64,000 nucleotides of DNA from Mycobacterium sp. (lineage in GTDB: Bacteria > Actinomycetota > Actinomycetes > Mycobacteriales > Mycobacteriaceae): positions 38,519-102,518 of the forward strand of contig NZ_JASBVP010000015.1 in the NCBI RefSeq assembly GCF_029961025.1, in the 5' to 3' direction. Numbering within the stretch: position 1 is the first letter of the stretch; every line of letters starts with the position of its first letter. The position numbers and the translations under genes were made by a program. A model generated the notes under the pieces. The model was not told the DNA's origin and did no database searches. It saw nothing but the letters and a program-made list of their open reading frames with translations. Positions 19,112 through 29,745 of this stretch are shown in pieces.

Positions 19112-20527
19112 TTAGACGTCCTCCTCACCGATGCGGTGCACATGGATCAGGTTAGTTGAGCCTACTGTGCCCGGCGGCGCGCCCGCGACGATCACCACCA
19201 GGTCCCCTCGTTGGTAGCGGCCGAGTTGCAGCAGCGCCTTATCGACCTCCCGGATCATGCCGTCGGTGGAATTCTGGTGCGGGACGATGAACGTTTCGGT
19301 GCCCCAGGTCAAGGCCAGTTGGCTGCGGATCTCGGGCAGATCGGTGAAGGCCAGCAACGGCAGCGGGGTGTGCAACCTGGCCAGGCGCCGCACGGTGTCG
19401 CCGGACTGGGTGAACGCGACCAGGGCCTTGGCGTCCAGCCGCTCGCCGATGTCCCGGGCGGCATAGGAGAGCACTCCCCGCTTGGTGCGGGGGATGTGCG
19501 TCAGCGGCGGTGCCGCCGTCGAATTCTCCTCCACCGCACACACGATCCGCGACATCGTCCGCACCGCCGCCAGCGGATACTTCCCGACGGCGGTTTCCCC
19601 GGACAGCATCAGCGCGTCGGCACCGTCGAGCACCGCGTTCGCGACGTCGGACGCCTCGGCCCGGGTGGGCCGCGGGTTGTCAATCATCGAATCGAGCATT
19701 TGGGTTGCGACAATCACCGGCTTAGCGTTCTCCCGGGCGATCTGGATGGCCCGTTTTTGCACCAGCGGGACCTCCTCCAACGGCAGCTCCACCCCCAGGT
19801 CGCCGCGGGCCACCATCACGGCGTCGAACGCCAGCACCACCGCCTCCAGGTTGTCGACGGCTTCCGGTTTCTCCAGCTTGGCGATCACCGGCACCCGCCG
19901 TCCGATCCGGTCCATCTGCTCGTGGACCAGCTCGATGTCGGACGGCGAGCGCACGAAAGACAGCGCCACCATGTCCACACCGAGGTCGAGCGCAAACCGG
20001 AGATCCTCGATGTCTTTGTCCGACAGGGGGGGAGCGGACACGTTCATCCCGGGCAGCGACATCCCCTTGTTGTTGCTCACCACGCCGCCCTCGGTGACGG
20101 TACACACCACGTCGTCGCCGTCGATGTCTTTGACGACCAGTCCGATGTTGCCGTCGTCGACCAAAACGCGGTCCCCGCAGGCCGCGTCCCTGGTCAGCTG
20201 CTTGTAGGTGGTCGACACCCGATCATGGTCGCCTTCACAGTCGGCAACGGTGATACGCACCGTTTCGCCTTCGGCCCAATAGGTGGACCCCCCGCGGAAG
20301 CGCCCCAGCCTGATCTTGGGGCCCTGCAAGTCGGCCAGTATCCCCACCGCGCGGCCGGTGGCATCCGAGGCGGCCCGTACCCGCTCGTAGGCCGCCTTGT
20401 GTTCCTGGTAGTCGCTGTGGCTGAAATTGAGTCGGGCAACGTCCATCCCGGCCTCGACCAGCGCCCGAACCATCTCGTCGGTGTTGCTGGCGGGGCCGAG
20501 AGTGCAAACGATCTTCCCGCGCCTCAC
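19112..20527 (-). CDS. pyk: Pyruvate kinase
   Basis: KIVCTLGPAS, ARLNFSH, DLQGPKIR, MVARGDLGVE, ATQMLDSM, MLSGETA. TATGCT lies 6 nt before GTG 20527. Confidence 0.98.
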   Translation of the reverse strand: MRRGKIVCTLGPASNTDEMVRALVEAGMDVARLNFSHSDYQEHKAAYERVRAASDATGRAVGILADLQGPKIRLGRFRGGSTYWAEGETVRITVADCEGDHDRVSTTYKQLTRDAACGDRVLVDDGNIGLVVKDIDGDDVVCTVTEGGVVSNNKGMSLPGMNVSAPPLSDKDIEDLRFALDLGVDMVALSFVRSPSDIELVHEQMDRIGRRVPVIAKLEKPEAVDNLEAVVLAFDAVMVARGDLGVELPLEEVPLVQKRAIQIARENAKPVIVATQMLDSMIDNPRPTRAEASDVANAVLDGADALMLSGETAVGKYPLAAVRTMSRIVCAVEENSTAAPPLTHIPRTKRGVLSYAARDIGERLDAKALVAFTQSGDTVRRLARLHTPLPLLAFTDLPEIRSQLALTWGTETFIVPHQNSTDGMIREVDKALLQLGRYQRGDLVVIVAGAPPGTVGSTNLIHVHRIGEEDV

Positions 20528-20616
20528 GCCGCCAGCATAGCCGCGCCCGATCACCGTCTCGACCGCTGTGAATTCGGTCTCACATTGCGGTTCGCGGGCG
20601 CGGCTTTCCCGTGCGG

Positions 20617-21042
20617 CTATCCGCCGAGAGTGGTCGGAACCAGCGGAAAACCGGGGAGGTTACGCAGCACCGTCCAGGCGATCGCCGCCACCGCGAGGGT
20701 CACGATCACCGGCGCCGGCAGGGCCGGTTGGTCGCGGCGACGGCGCAGCAGCAGCCAGGACGCCAGCGCCGGGATGCCGACAAGCAAAACCACGTTGTCG
20801 CTCACGGCGGCCGCAAGGTGGCCGTGCAGCAGGTCGTGCACCATCCGCAACCCCCCGCAGGTGGGGCAGTTCCAGCCGGTGAGCAGCCGGAACGGGCATG
20901 GCGGGTACACGGCGTGACGATCGTGGGGGTCGACGAATCCGAGGTAACCGAGCGCACCGGCCAGCACCAATCCCGCGATCACCCACCCGCCCCGGCACGG
21001 CGGATCGGATCGCGTCGCGTTGCGGGCGGCCCCGGGGATCAC
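20617..21042 (-). CDS. DUF2752-family membrane protein (Rv1616-like); start uncertain
   Basis: PPCPFRLLTGWNCPTCGGLRMVHDLLHG signature. Confidence 0.88.
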   Translation of the reverse strand: MIPGAARNATRSDPPCRGGWVIAGLVLAGALGYLGFVDPHDRHAVYPPCPFRLLTGWNCPTCGGLRMVHDLLHGHLAAAVSDNVVLLVGIPALASWLLLRRRRDQPALPAPVIVTLAVAAIAWTVLRNLPGFPLVPTTLGG

Positions 21043-21132
21043 GTCCCCGTCCGGTCAGGATGTTCGGTCACGCTGTTCAGGATGCCAGAACGGCTAAAGA
21101 CGGCGCGCGTTCGTTTGACGATTGACCGGACG

Positions 21133-22389
21133 TCAACGCCGACGGCCGCCCAATCGGCTCCACCAGCGCCGGCGGCCGGCATCGCCGAGCGAGCCGACGT
21201 CGCTCTCATCGACGGGTTGTGCCGCCTCGGGCGCTACCGTCGCGGGTGCGGCCCCACCCTCGGGGGCTGCCTCGTCGGCTTCCGCCGAGGCGGCCTGGAT
21301 GTCATCGCCTTGAGCGGCTGGCGCCTCGGCCGGCGACTCCCCCGGGGTTTCCGGCGCCTCCTCTTCCGCGGGACCAGCCTCGGTCTCGGTAGCGTCGGTG
21401 GTGACGTCAACCGGCTCGCCGTCGTCACGGTCGGCGACCATGACCGCCGCGGTCGCACCGGACGCCGGCGCGGCGGCTGCGGCCTGCGCCACCGGCTCGG
21501 GGACCGCGGGTGCCTCGGCACGACGGGCACCGCGCAGGGTCGCCGGGTCCTCGCGGCCCCGCGGGGCCAGGATGAAGTAGACGACCGCGCCGATGAACAC
21601 GAACGTCGAGGTGAAGGAATTGATCCGGATCCCGGCGATGTGGGTGGCGGGATCGGCACGCAGCAGCTCGATCCAAAACCGTCCGACGCAGTAACCGCCG
21701 ACATAGAGCGCGAACAAGCGGCCGTGGCCGATCGTGAACCGCCGGTCCGCATAGATCAGCAAGGCAAAAACCAAAACGTCCCACAGCAATTCGTAGAGAA
21801 ACGTCGGTTGCACGACGAGCGCCACCTGCCCGGTGGAGACGCCATCGAGGGAATGCACGTCCACGTATCCGTCGGGGTCGCGGCGGTAGAACACCTCCAT
21901 GCCCCACGGCAGCGTGGTTTCCCGGCCGTAGAGCTCCTGGTTGAAATAGTTTCCCAGCCGGCCGATGGCCTGCGCCAGCACAATGCCCGGGGCCGCGGCG
22001 TCGGCGAAAGCCGCAAACGGGATGCCACGACGCCGGCAAGCGATCCACGCGCCGACACCGCCGAGGGCTATCGCGCCCCAAATGCCCAGGCCGCCGTCCC
22101 AGATGCGCAGCGCGGCGCCCAGCCCGACACCGCCGCTACCGAAATAGGTTCGCCAATCGGTGATGAGGTGATACAGCCGCCCGCCCACAAGCCCACAAGG
22201 AACCGCCCACAGCGCGATGTCGTAAATCGCGCCGTGTTCGCCTCCACGGTTTTCCCAGCGACGGTCGCCGATCACCAGCGCGACCACGATGCCGACGATG
22301 ATGCACAGCGCGTAGGCACGAATCGGTATCGGCCCGAGGTGCCAGACCCCGCGCGGCGGGCTGGGGAAATAGCCGGGCAGACTGGTCAT
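21133..22389 (-). CDS. lgt: Prolipoprotein diacylglyceryl transferase
   Basis: GGRLYH, WDGGLGIWGAI, QAIGRLGNYFNQELYG, PTFLYE; acidic Ala/Pro-rich C-terminal tail as in other mycobacteria. Confidence 0.96.
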   Translation of the reverse strand: MTSLPGYFPSPPRGVWHLGPIPIRAYALCIIVGIVVALVIGDRRWENRGGEHGAIYDIALWAVPCGLVGGRLYHLITDWRTYFGSGGVGLGAALRIWDGGLGIWGAIALGGVGAWIACRRRGIPFAAFADAAAPGIVLAQAIGRLGNYFNQELYGRETTLPWGMEVFYRRDPDGYVDVHSLDGVSTGQVALVVQPTFLYELLWDVLVFALLIYADRRFTIGHGRLFALYVGGYCVGRFWIELLRADPATHIAGIRINSFTSTFVFIGAVVYFILAPRGREDPATLRGARRAEAPAVPEPVAQAAAAAPASGATAAVMVADRDDGEPVDVTTDATETEAGPAEEEAPETPGESPAEAPAAQGDDIQAASAEADEAAPEGGAAPATVAPEAAQPVDESDVGSLGDAGRRRWWSRLGGRRR

Positions 22390-23210
22390 AGCGTGGAGAT
22401 CCTTTGGCGCACACCGGCAGCGAGTTCCCCGGCCAGCTTACGCAGCTCGGGCAGGCCGGCGGCCAAAGCCGACACTAGCGCCGATCCCACGATGACGCCA
22501 TCGGCGTAGGCCCCGATCTGGGCGGCCTGGTCTCGCGAGCGCACCCCTAACCCCACGCCCACCGGGATGTCGGACACCGCCTTCACCCGGCGCACCAGTT
22601 CGGGCGCCGCGCGCGACACCGCGTCACGGGCACCCGTGACACCCATCGTCGATGCCGCGTAGACGAACCCCCGCGACGCCTCGACCGTCATCGCCAGCCG
22701 CTGCGGGGTCGATGACGGCGCCACCAAAAAGATGCGGTCCAGCCCGTGCCGCTCGGATGCGGCCATCCATTCGTCGGCCTCATCGGGAATGAGATCGGGC
22801 GTGATCACGCCCTGGCCGCCGGCCGCCGCGAGGTCTCGGGCGAACGCATCAACCCCGTAGCGCAGCACCGGATTCCAGTAGGTCATCACCACGGCTCGGC
22901 CGCCGGCGGCGCTGATCGCCTCGACCGCGGCGACCGAGTCGCGCACCCGCACCCCGCCGCGAAGCGCGGCCGCGGATGCCCTGGCGATGGTCGGGCCGTC
23001 CATGCTCGGATCCGAGTAGGGCACACCGACTTCAACGATGTCGCAACCGGATTCGATGAGGGTTTTCATCGCGTCCACGGAGGTCCGCACGTCGGGGAAC
23101 CCGGTGGGCAGGTAACCGATCAACGCCGCCCGGCCGTCCCGCCGACAGGAGTCGAAAAGCGGTGCCAGTCTGCTCATTTGGCTCATTCGGCTTTGGCCGG
23201 CAGTCATCAT
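22386..23210 (-). CDS. trpA: Tryptophan synthase alpha subunit
   Basis: [32 protein letters not shown]; ATGA overlap with trpB. Confidence 0.97.
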   Translation of the reverse strand: MMTAGQSRMSQMSRLAPLFDSCRRDGRAALIGYLPTGFPDVRTSVDAMKTLIESGCDIVEVGVPYSDPSMDGPTIARASAAALRGGVRVRDSVAAVEAISAAGGRAVVMTYWNPVLRYGVDAFARDLAAAGGQGVITPDLIPDEADEWMAASERHGLDRIFLVAPSSTPQRLAMTVEASRGFVYAASTMGVTGARDAVSRAAPELVRRVKAVSDIPVGVGLGVRSRDQAAQIGAYADGVIVGSALVSALAAGLPELRKLAGELAAGVRQRISTL

Positions 23211-24478
23211 CCGCCACTGCCCCGATCCTCGAGCAGGCCGAACCACTTGGCAGCGGTCTCCACGTCCTTGTCGCCGCGGCCGGAGAGGTTCACCACGATG
23301 ACCGCATCCCGGCCCAGCTCGCATCCCAGCCTCAGGGCCCCGGCCAGCGCGTGCGCGGATTCGATGGCCGGAATAATGCCTTCGGTGCGACACAGCACGC
23401 CGAACGCCGCCATCGCCTCGGCGTCGGTGACGGGCTGGTACTCCGCCCGCCCGGTCTCTTTGAGCCAGGCGTGTTCCGGGCCCACACCGGGGTAGTCCAG
23501 GCCCGCCGAGATCGAATGGGATTCGATGGTCTGCCCGTCCTCATCCTGGAGCAGGTAGGAAAACGATCCCTGGAATACCCCCGGAGAACCGCCGGTGAAC
23601 GTGGCGGCATGCCGGCCGGTCTGCACGCCATCCCCCGCTGCCTCGAACCCCACCAGCCGGACACCGTGATCGTCGAGGAAGGCGTGGAAAATCCCGATCG
23701 CGTTGGATCCCCCGCCGACGCAGGCCACGACCGCGTCGGGCAGCCGGCCCGCCTGATCTAGGATTTGCGCGCGCGCCTCCAGGCCGATGATCCGCTGAAA
23801 ATCCCGCACCATCATCGGGAACGGATGCGGGCCGGCCGCGGTGCCGAAGCAGTAATACGTGGTGTCGGCGTTGGTGACCCAGTCGCGGAATGCTTCGTTG
23901 ATCGCATCCTTGAGCGTTTTGGAGCCGGAGTCGACCGAGACGACCTGCGCACCCAGCAGCCGCATCCGCGCCACGTTGAGCGCCTGGCGCTCGGTGTCGA
24001 CGGCACCCATGTAGATCACACAGTCCAGGCCCAGCAACGCGCACGCGGTGGCGGTGGCCACCCCGTGCTGACCGGCGCCGGTCTCGGCGATCACCCGGGT
24101 CTTGCCCATCCGGCGGGCCAGCAGGGCCTGCCCGAGCACGTTGTTGATCTTGTGAGAACCGGTGTGGTTCAGGTCTTCTCGCTTGAGGAAGATCCGTGCC
24201 CCACCGGCGTGCTCACGCAGGCGTGCGGCCTCGTACAGCGGGGACGGCCGGCCGGCGTAGTTGGCCTGCAGGGTATCGAGAAGCTCCAGGAACCCGTGAT
24301 CGGTGCGCGCTTTCTCATAGGCGGCGGTGACCTCCTCGATTACCGCCATCAACGCCTCGGCGACATAGCGACCGCCGTACCCGCCGAAATGACCGTGTGC
24401 GTCGGGTTCGTGGCGGGTGGGTTCGGCCACGGCCGCACTCGGGCGTGGCAGATCCGGGCCGCGGTGTGGCATCATCAC
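23207..24478 (-). CDS. trpB: Tryptophan synthase beta subunit
   Basis: [38 protein letters not shown]. Confidence 0.98.
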   Translation of the reverse strand: MMMPHRGPDLPRPSAAVAEPTRHEPDAHGHFGGYGGRYVAEALMAVIEEVTAAYEKARTDHGFLELLDTLQANYAGRPSPLYEAARLREHAGGARIFLKREDLNHTGSHKINNVLGQALLARRMGKTRVIAETGAGQHGVATATACALLGLDCVIYMGAVDTERQALNVARMRLLGAQVVSVDSGSKTLKDAINEAFRDWVTNADTTYYCFGTAAGPHPFPMMVRDFQRIIGLEARAQILDQAGRLPDAVVACVGGGSNAIGIFHAFLDDHGVRLVGFEAAGDGVQTGRHAATFTGGSPGVFQGSFSYLLQDEDGQTIESHSISAGLDYPGVGPEHAWLKETGRAEYQPVTDAEAMAAFGVLCRTEGIIPAIESAHALAGALRLGCELGRDAVIVVNLSGRGDKDVETAAKWFGLLEDRGSGG

Positions 24479-24541
24479 GAGGCTTTAACGCATAACCGGC
24501 TCATCGGGTTCACCGGGTTCGGCATGGGCGCCTCATCGGGG

Positions 24542-25360
24542 TCAGCGAGCCGGCTTCGGACAGGATGGATGCGTGCCGGCGGCAACCAGATCGGCAACCG
24601 CCGCCCGGGGATCGTCGCTGGTGACCAGGCCTTCACCGACGAGCACCGCATCCGCGCCCGCGCCCGCATACGCCAGCAGGTCGGCGGTGCCGCGCACCCC
24701 GGATTCGGCGATCCTGATCACGTCGGTCGGCAAGCCGGGAGCGATCCGCGCAAAGCAGTCCCGGTCCACCTCCAGCGTCGTGAGGTCGCGGGCGTTGACC
24801 CCGATCACCTTCGCGCCGGCCCGCAACGCCCGGTCGGCTTCCTCCTCGGTGTGCACCTCCACCAGCGCGGTCATGCCCAGCGACTCGGTGCGGTCCAGCA
24901 TCGACACCAGCGCCGACTGATCCAACGCAGCGACGATGAGCAACAGCATGTCGGCCCCGTGTGCGCGCGCCTCGTGAATTTGGTAGGGCCGCACCACGAA
25001 ATCTTTCCGCAAGACCGGTACCGACACCGCCGCCCGCACCGCGTCCAGATCGGCCAGGCTTCCGTGAAAACACCGTTCCTCGGTCACCACGCTGATGATT
25101 CGGGCACCACCATCCTGATAGGCCCGGGCCAGTTTCCCCGGGTCGGCGATCGGCGCCAGTCGGCCCGCCGACGGGCTGGCGCGTTTGACCTCGGCGATAA
25201 CGCCGATACCGGGTGCCCGCAACGCCGCCATCACGTCGAGTGGCGGCGGTGCCGCTTCGGCGGCCGCCTTGACCTCGGACAGGCTTACCGCGGCCTCACG
25301 AGCGGCAACATCCGCGTGGACTCCCTCGATGATGGAGTCGAGCACGGTTACCGGACTCAT
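24542..25360 (-). CDS. trpC: Indole-3-glycerol phosphate synthase
   Basis: [31 protein letters not shown]. Confidence 0.97.
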   Translation of the reverse strand: MSPVTVLDSIIEGVHADVAAREAAVSLSEVKAAAEAAPPPLDVMAALRAPGIGVIAEVKRASPSAGRLAPIADPGKLARAYQDGGARIISVVTEERCFHGSLADLDAVRAAVSVPVLRKDFVVRPYQIHEARAHGADMLLLIVAALDQSALVSMLDRTESLGMTALVEVHTEEEADRALRAGAKVIGVNARDLTTLEVDRDCFARIAPGLPTDVIRIAESGVRGTADLLAYAGAGADAVLVGEGLVTSDDPRAAVADLVAAGTHPSCPKPAR

Positions 25361-25440
25361 GCCCTGCCGGTTCCTTCCCCCGGTCCCACCGGTTCGTGAC
25401 AACGTCCATCGAAGGGTAGCGAGCGCCGACGGACGCTTCG

Positions 25441-26112
25441 TCACCGACCCTCGGTGCCGGATTCGGTGCCGGATTCGTGATCGCCCGCCCCCGCGGAATT
25501 CTCGGGCTGATCGGTCGGATCACGGCCCTCGTCAAGCGCCTCCCAGAGGGCGCGCTGGGACACCGGGGTGTCCTCAGCGGCCGCGGCCGAGCGGCGCGCC
25601 GCCGGCGCCAGGTATTTCGACGCCCGCGAAGCCCCCGAGATCGCGGCCGACCTCATCAACAGCACGCCGGCCATCAGCGTGCCCATCCCCGCGGCCAGCG
25701 CCGCCGTCGCGCCGGCGTAGTGCCGCTCGCTGCCCACCAGGAACACCACCGGGACGTGCGCGAGATCGGCCGCCCGCACCGCCACATCCGGGATGACCCA
25801 CAAACTGATTGCGAGATAACCGATCACCAGACTCGCCAGCGCCGCCAGCACCGCGACCATCCGCAGCGGGCGGCCGCGCACGGCGACCGCGGCCACGGCG
25901 ATGGCCAGCAACAGCAGCGCCAGCGGCAGCAGCGCCGTCGACCACGACGCCCCGGAGAGCGTCGCGGACCTGGGCGGCCCCAGCCCGTCGAACGAGTGGA
26001 TCACCACCCACGGCAGCCGCGATGCCACCCACAACGCCCCGGCGGAAACCGCAAGCAACACCTGGGCGGCACCGATCAGCACCCGGCCCCGTCGCTCAGG
26101 GTCGGCCGTCAC
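25441..26112 (-). CDS. Trp-biosynthesis-associated membrane protein (Rv1610-like)
   Basis: [29 protein letters not shown]; located between trpE and trpC. Confidence 0.88.
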   Translation of the reverse strand: MTADPERRGRVLIGAAQVLLAVSAGALWVASRLPWVVIHSFDGLGPPRSATLSGASWSTALLPLALLLLAIAVAAVAVRGRPLRMVAVLAALASLVIGYLAISLWVIPDVAVRAADLAHVPVVFLVGSERHYAGATAALAAGMGTLMAGVLLMRSAAISGASRASKYLAPAARRSAAAAEDTPVSQRALWEALDEGRDPTDQPENSAGAGDHESGTESGTEGR

Positions 26113-27685
26113 CGTCCGCCTCCTGTCCGGGTCGGGTCATCGCCGTCCCTGGGGCGGAACCCGTCGCGGGCTCGGTCAGCGTCTCCGCCGCGGCGATCGC
26201 GTTCAACACCGCGCGGGCCTTGTTGGCCGCCTCGGTGTATTCGTAGGGGCCGTTGGAATCGGCCACCACCCCACCGCCGGCCTGCACGTAGGCCGTGCCG
26301 TTGCGCATCAGGGCGGTGCGGATGGCGATCGCGAAATCGGCGTTGCCGGCGAAGTCGAGGTAGCCGACCACCCCGCCGTAGAGGCCGCGGCGGGTCTTTT
26401 CCACCTCCTCGATCAGCTCCATGGCCCGCACCTTCGGCGCGCCCGACAGGGTGCCCGCGGGAAAGCAGGCGATCACCGCGTCCAGGGCGGTGCGGCCCTC
26501 GGCAAGCATCCCGGTCACCGTGGACACCAGGTGCATCACGTGGCTGTAGCGCTCGATGTGGCTGTAGTCCTCGACGCGAACGGTGCCCGGCACGCACACC
26601 CGCCCGAGATCGTTGCGGCCCAAATCGACCAGCATCAGATGCTCGGCGCGTTCCTTGTCGTCGCGCAGCAGCTCTTTTTCCAGCTGCTGATCCTCCTCCT
26701 CGGTGCGCCCCCGCCAGCGGGTTCCGGCGATCGGATGGGTCGTCGCCCAGCGATCCTGGATGGTGACCAGCGCCTCCGGGCTGGACCCGACGATCGAAAA
26801 CGCCAGCTCCCCATGCTCGTCGGGCACGTGCAGCAGATACATGTAGGGGCTCGGGTTGGACACCCGCAGCATCCGGTACACGTCGATCGGATCGGCGCCG
26901 GTGTCCATCTCGAAGCGCTGCGAGGGCACCACCTGAAAGGCCTCACCGGCCGCTATTTGCGCGACCAGGTGCTCGACGATCGCGCCGTATTCGTCGACGG
27001 TGCGCTGCGCGCGGTGTTTCGGCTCCGGCCGGCTGAACGTTGCGACGGTCGACGGCAGCGGTTGGGCCAGCGCCGCGGTCATCACGTCCAGGCGTGCCAC
27101 GGCGTCGTCGTAGGCCTCATCGACCCGCTCGTCGGTGCCGTTCCAGTTGACCGCGTTGGCGATCAGGGTGATGGTGCCCTCGTGGTGGTCGACGGCCGCC
27201 ATGTCGGTGGCCAGCAGCAGCATCATGTCGGGCAACCCGAGGTCGTCCACGGTCAGCTCGGGCAGCCGTTCCAGCCGTCGCACCAGGTCGTAGGCGAAAA
27301 AGCCGACCATGCCGCCCGACAGTGGGGGAAGCCCGGGAAGCGCCGCGGTGGCCAGCAGCTCGAGGGTGGCCCGCAACGCCTGCAGCGGGTCCCCGCCGGT
27401 GGGGGCGTCCCGCGGCACCGCCCCCAACCACGCCGCCTCGCCGTCGCGCACCGTCAGCGCCGACGGCGACCCGGCGCCGATGAAGGACCACCGCGACCAT
27501 GACCGCCCGGTTTCGGCCGACTCCAGCAGGAATGTGCCCGGACGATTGGCGGCCAGTTTGCGGTAGGCCGACAGCGGCGTCTCGGCGTCCGCCAAGACCT
27601 TGCGTGTCACCGGAACCACCCGATGCCCGGCGGCCAGCGCGCGGAATTCCGTCCGCGAGGTAGTGGCGGCCAGGTCAGCGTGCAC
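26096..27685 (-). CDS. trpE: Anthranilate synthase component I
   Basis: [48 protein letters not shown]. Confidence 0.97.
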   Translation of the reverse strand: MHADLAATTSRTEFRALAAGHRVVPVTRKVLADAETPLSAYRKLAANRPGTFLLESAETGRSWSRWSFIGAGSPSALTVRDGEAAWLGAVPRDAPTGGDPLQALRATLELLATAALPGLPPLSGGMVGFFAYDLVRRLERLPELTVDDLGLPDMMLLLATDMAAVDHHEGTITLIANAVNWNGTDERVDEAYDDAVARLDVMTAALAQPLPSTVATFSRPEPKHRAQRTVDEYGAIVEHLVAQIAAGEAFQVVPSQRFEMDTGADPIDVYRMLRVSNPSPYMYLLHVPDEHGELAFSIVGSSPEALVTIQDRWATTHPIAGTRWRGRTEEEDQQLEKELLRDDKERAEHLMLVDLGRNDLGRVCVPGTVRVEDYSHIERYSHVMHLVSTVTGMLAEGRTALDAVIACFPAGTLSGAPKVRAMELIEEVEKTRRGLYGGVVGYLDFAGNADFAIAIRTALMRNGTAYVQAGGGVVADSNGPYEYTEAANKARAVLNAIAAAETLTEPATGSAPGTAMTRPGQEADGDGRP

Positions 27686-27735
27686 CCCCTCATCTTCGCA
27701 GACGCGGCGTCGGCCCCCGGCGTAGCGTGGCTCCC

Positions 27736-28194
27736 ATGAAAACCGGTGACAGCGTGCCCGACTTCGAGCTTCCCGACCAGACCGGAGCACCGCGCAGGCT
27801 CAGCGAGCTTCTTGCCGGCGGGCCGGTGGTGCTGTTCTTTTACCCCGCCGCCGGAACGCCGGTATGCACCCGCGAGGCCTGCCACTTTCGCGATCTGGCC
27901 GGCGAATTCGCCGCCGTCGGGGCGTCCCGGGTGGGCATCAGCACCGACCCGGTGACCAAACAGGCCACCTTCGCCGGCGATCACGGCTTGGACTACCCGC
28001 TGCTGTCCGATTCCGACGGCACGGTCGCCGCCATGTTCGGCGTCAAGCGTGGCCTGCTCGGAAAGCTGATGCCGGTCAAGCGCACCACGTTCGTCATCGA
28101 CACCGACCGCAGGCTGCTCGAGGTGATCGGCGGCGAGCTCAGCTTCAACGCCCACGCCGACAAGGCGTTGGCCACGCTGCGGTCCCGCGGCTAA
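27736..28194 (+). CDS. bcpB: Peroxiredoxin, BCP subfamily (Rv1608c)
   Basis: [20 protein letters not shown]; synteny. Confidence 0.92.
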   Translation: MKTGDSVPDFELPDQTGAPRRLSELLAGGPVVLFFYPAAGTPVCTREACHFRDLAGEFAAVGASRVGISTDPVTKQATFAGDHGLDYPLLSDSDGTVAAMFGVKRGLLGKLMPVKRTTFVIDTDRRLLEVIGGELSFNAHADKALATLRSRG

Positions 28195-28341
28195 CCGCCG
28201 GCCCGGCGCGGTTCCCTTCGGCCCGCCGGGGCAGCCGGTTGCGTGCAACCTGTTGGGGCGCAATCGAATACGACCGCCGGGTCGAGGCATCCGGCATGCG
28301 TTGGCGCGTTGGCGCTAAACGTCCTGGATTAGCATGCTCGC

Positions 28342-29745
28342 ATGCCGCTCACGGATGGCCTACGAGAAGGTGACGTGTTCGCCGGATACACCATCCTGCG
28401 GCGGCTGGGCACCGGGGGCATGGGTGAGGTGTATCTGGCGCAGCATCCCCGCCTGCCCCGCCGCGACGCGCTGAAGATCCTGCCCGCCCACCTCAGCGCC
28501 GACCGTGAATTTCGGGAACGGTTCAGCCGGGAAGCGGCGCTGGCCGCGCAGTTGTCGCACCCGAACATCATCGGCATTCACGACCGGGGGGAAGCCCGGG
28601 GCCGGTTGTGGATCTCGATGGACTATGTGCCGGGCACCGACGCTGCGCAGCTGCTGCGCCACCGCTACCCGTCCGGCATGCCGCGAGCCGAGGTGGTCGA
28701 AATCGTCACCGCCGTTGCCGACGCCCTCGATTACGCGCATGCGCGCGGCTTGCTGCACCGCGACGTCAAACCCGCCAACATCCTGCTCGGCGAGGGCACC
28801 ACGCGTGGACGCCGGATCATGCTTGCCGATTTCGGCATCGCCCGCCACCTCGGTGACATCAGCGGCCTGACCGCGACCAACATGATGGTCGGCACCACGG
28901 CCTACTGCGCCCCCGAGCAACTCACGGGCGCCGACACCGATGGCCGAGCCGACCAATATGCCCTGGGGTGCACCGCTTTTCACCTGCTGACCGGCTCACC
29001 CCCGTTTCCCCACTCCAACCCGGCGGTCGTCATCAGCGGCCACCTGTCCGCGCCACCGCCGCCTATCGGCGAGCGCCGGCCCGAGTTAGCTTGTCTGAAC
29101 GCCGTTTTCGGTAAAGCGCTGGCCAAGGATCCCGGCGATCGGTACCCGAGTTGCTCGGATTTCGCGGCGGCGCTAACCGGGGCCTCTCCCGGCGGGTCGT
29201 CGCAGGGCACGCCGCCGCGGCGGCGCCGGCGACCGGCGATGCTGATCCCCGTCATCGCCACCGTCGCGCTGATCGCGGCGGCCGCGGTACTCGGCACGCA
29301 CCTGGTGCGACACGCGCATTCGTCACCCTCCGGTGTGGTCGCCGCGTCCGCGCCGGCGCCGCCGATCCGGCTGTCGCGCTATATCACCGATCAATCCGGT
29401 GTGCTGACAGCTTCCGGCCGCGCCACGGTGCAACGGGCCATCGATACGCTCTACCTCGAGCGCAACGTCCGCCTGTGGGTGGTCTATGTCAGCAATTTCG
29501 CCGGCCTCAGACCCATCAGGTGGGCGGAAGAGACCATGCGGGCCAACGGGTTGACCGACACCGATGCCCTGCTGGCGATCGCCACCGACGAACGGCACTT
29601 CTCCTTCCGGGTGCCCGCCGTGGTGGCCCCTCCGGTCAGTGCCGAGGCGATCCGGCGAGACCGTATCGAGCCGGCGGTTAGCCGTGGCGAATGGGTCCGC
29701 GCGGCGCTCGGCGCTGCCGACGGGCTGCAGACGCGCGGCGGCTAA
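28342..29745 (+). CDS. Hanks-type Ser/Thr kinase with one TM helix and a C-terminal TPM (DUF477)-like domain
   Basis: [26 protein letters not shown]; TM segment; [35 protein letters not shown]-like pattern. Confidence 0.85.
   Translation: MPLTDGLREGDVFAGYTILRRLGTGGMGEVYLAQHPRLPRRDALKILPAHLSADREFRERFSREAALAAQLSHPNIIGIHDRGEARGRLWISMDYVPGTDAAQLLRHRYPSGMPRAEVVEIVTAVADALDYAHARGLLHRDVKPANILLGEGTTRGRRIMLADFGIARHLGDISGLTATNMMVGTTAYCAPEQLTGADTDGRADQYALGCTAFHLLTGSPPFPHSNPAVVISGHLSAPPPPIGERRPELACLNAVFGKALAKDPGDRYPSCSDFAAALTGASPGGSSQGTPPRRRRRPAMLIPVIATVALIAAAAVLGTHLVRHAHSSPSGVVAASAPAPPIRLSRYITDQSGVLTASGRATVQRAIDTLYLERNVRLWVVYVSNFAGLRPIRWAEETMRANGLTDTDALLAIATDERHFSFRVPAVVAPPVSAEAIRRDRIEPAVSRGEWVRAALGAADGLQTRGG

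Noticed and set aside
21133-21550. Acidic low-complexity Lgt C-terminus and the CoaE-GrpB fusion as novelties
   Set aside because: Both are standard in mycobacteria.
27686-27735. trp or his attenuator leader peptides (also 37930-38013)
   Set aside because: No Trp- or His-rich short ORFs, and the gaps are too short.
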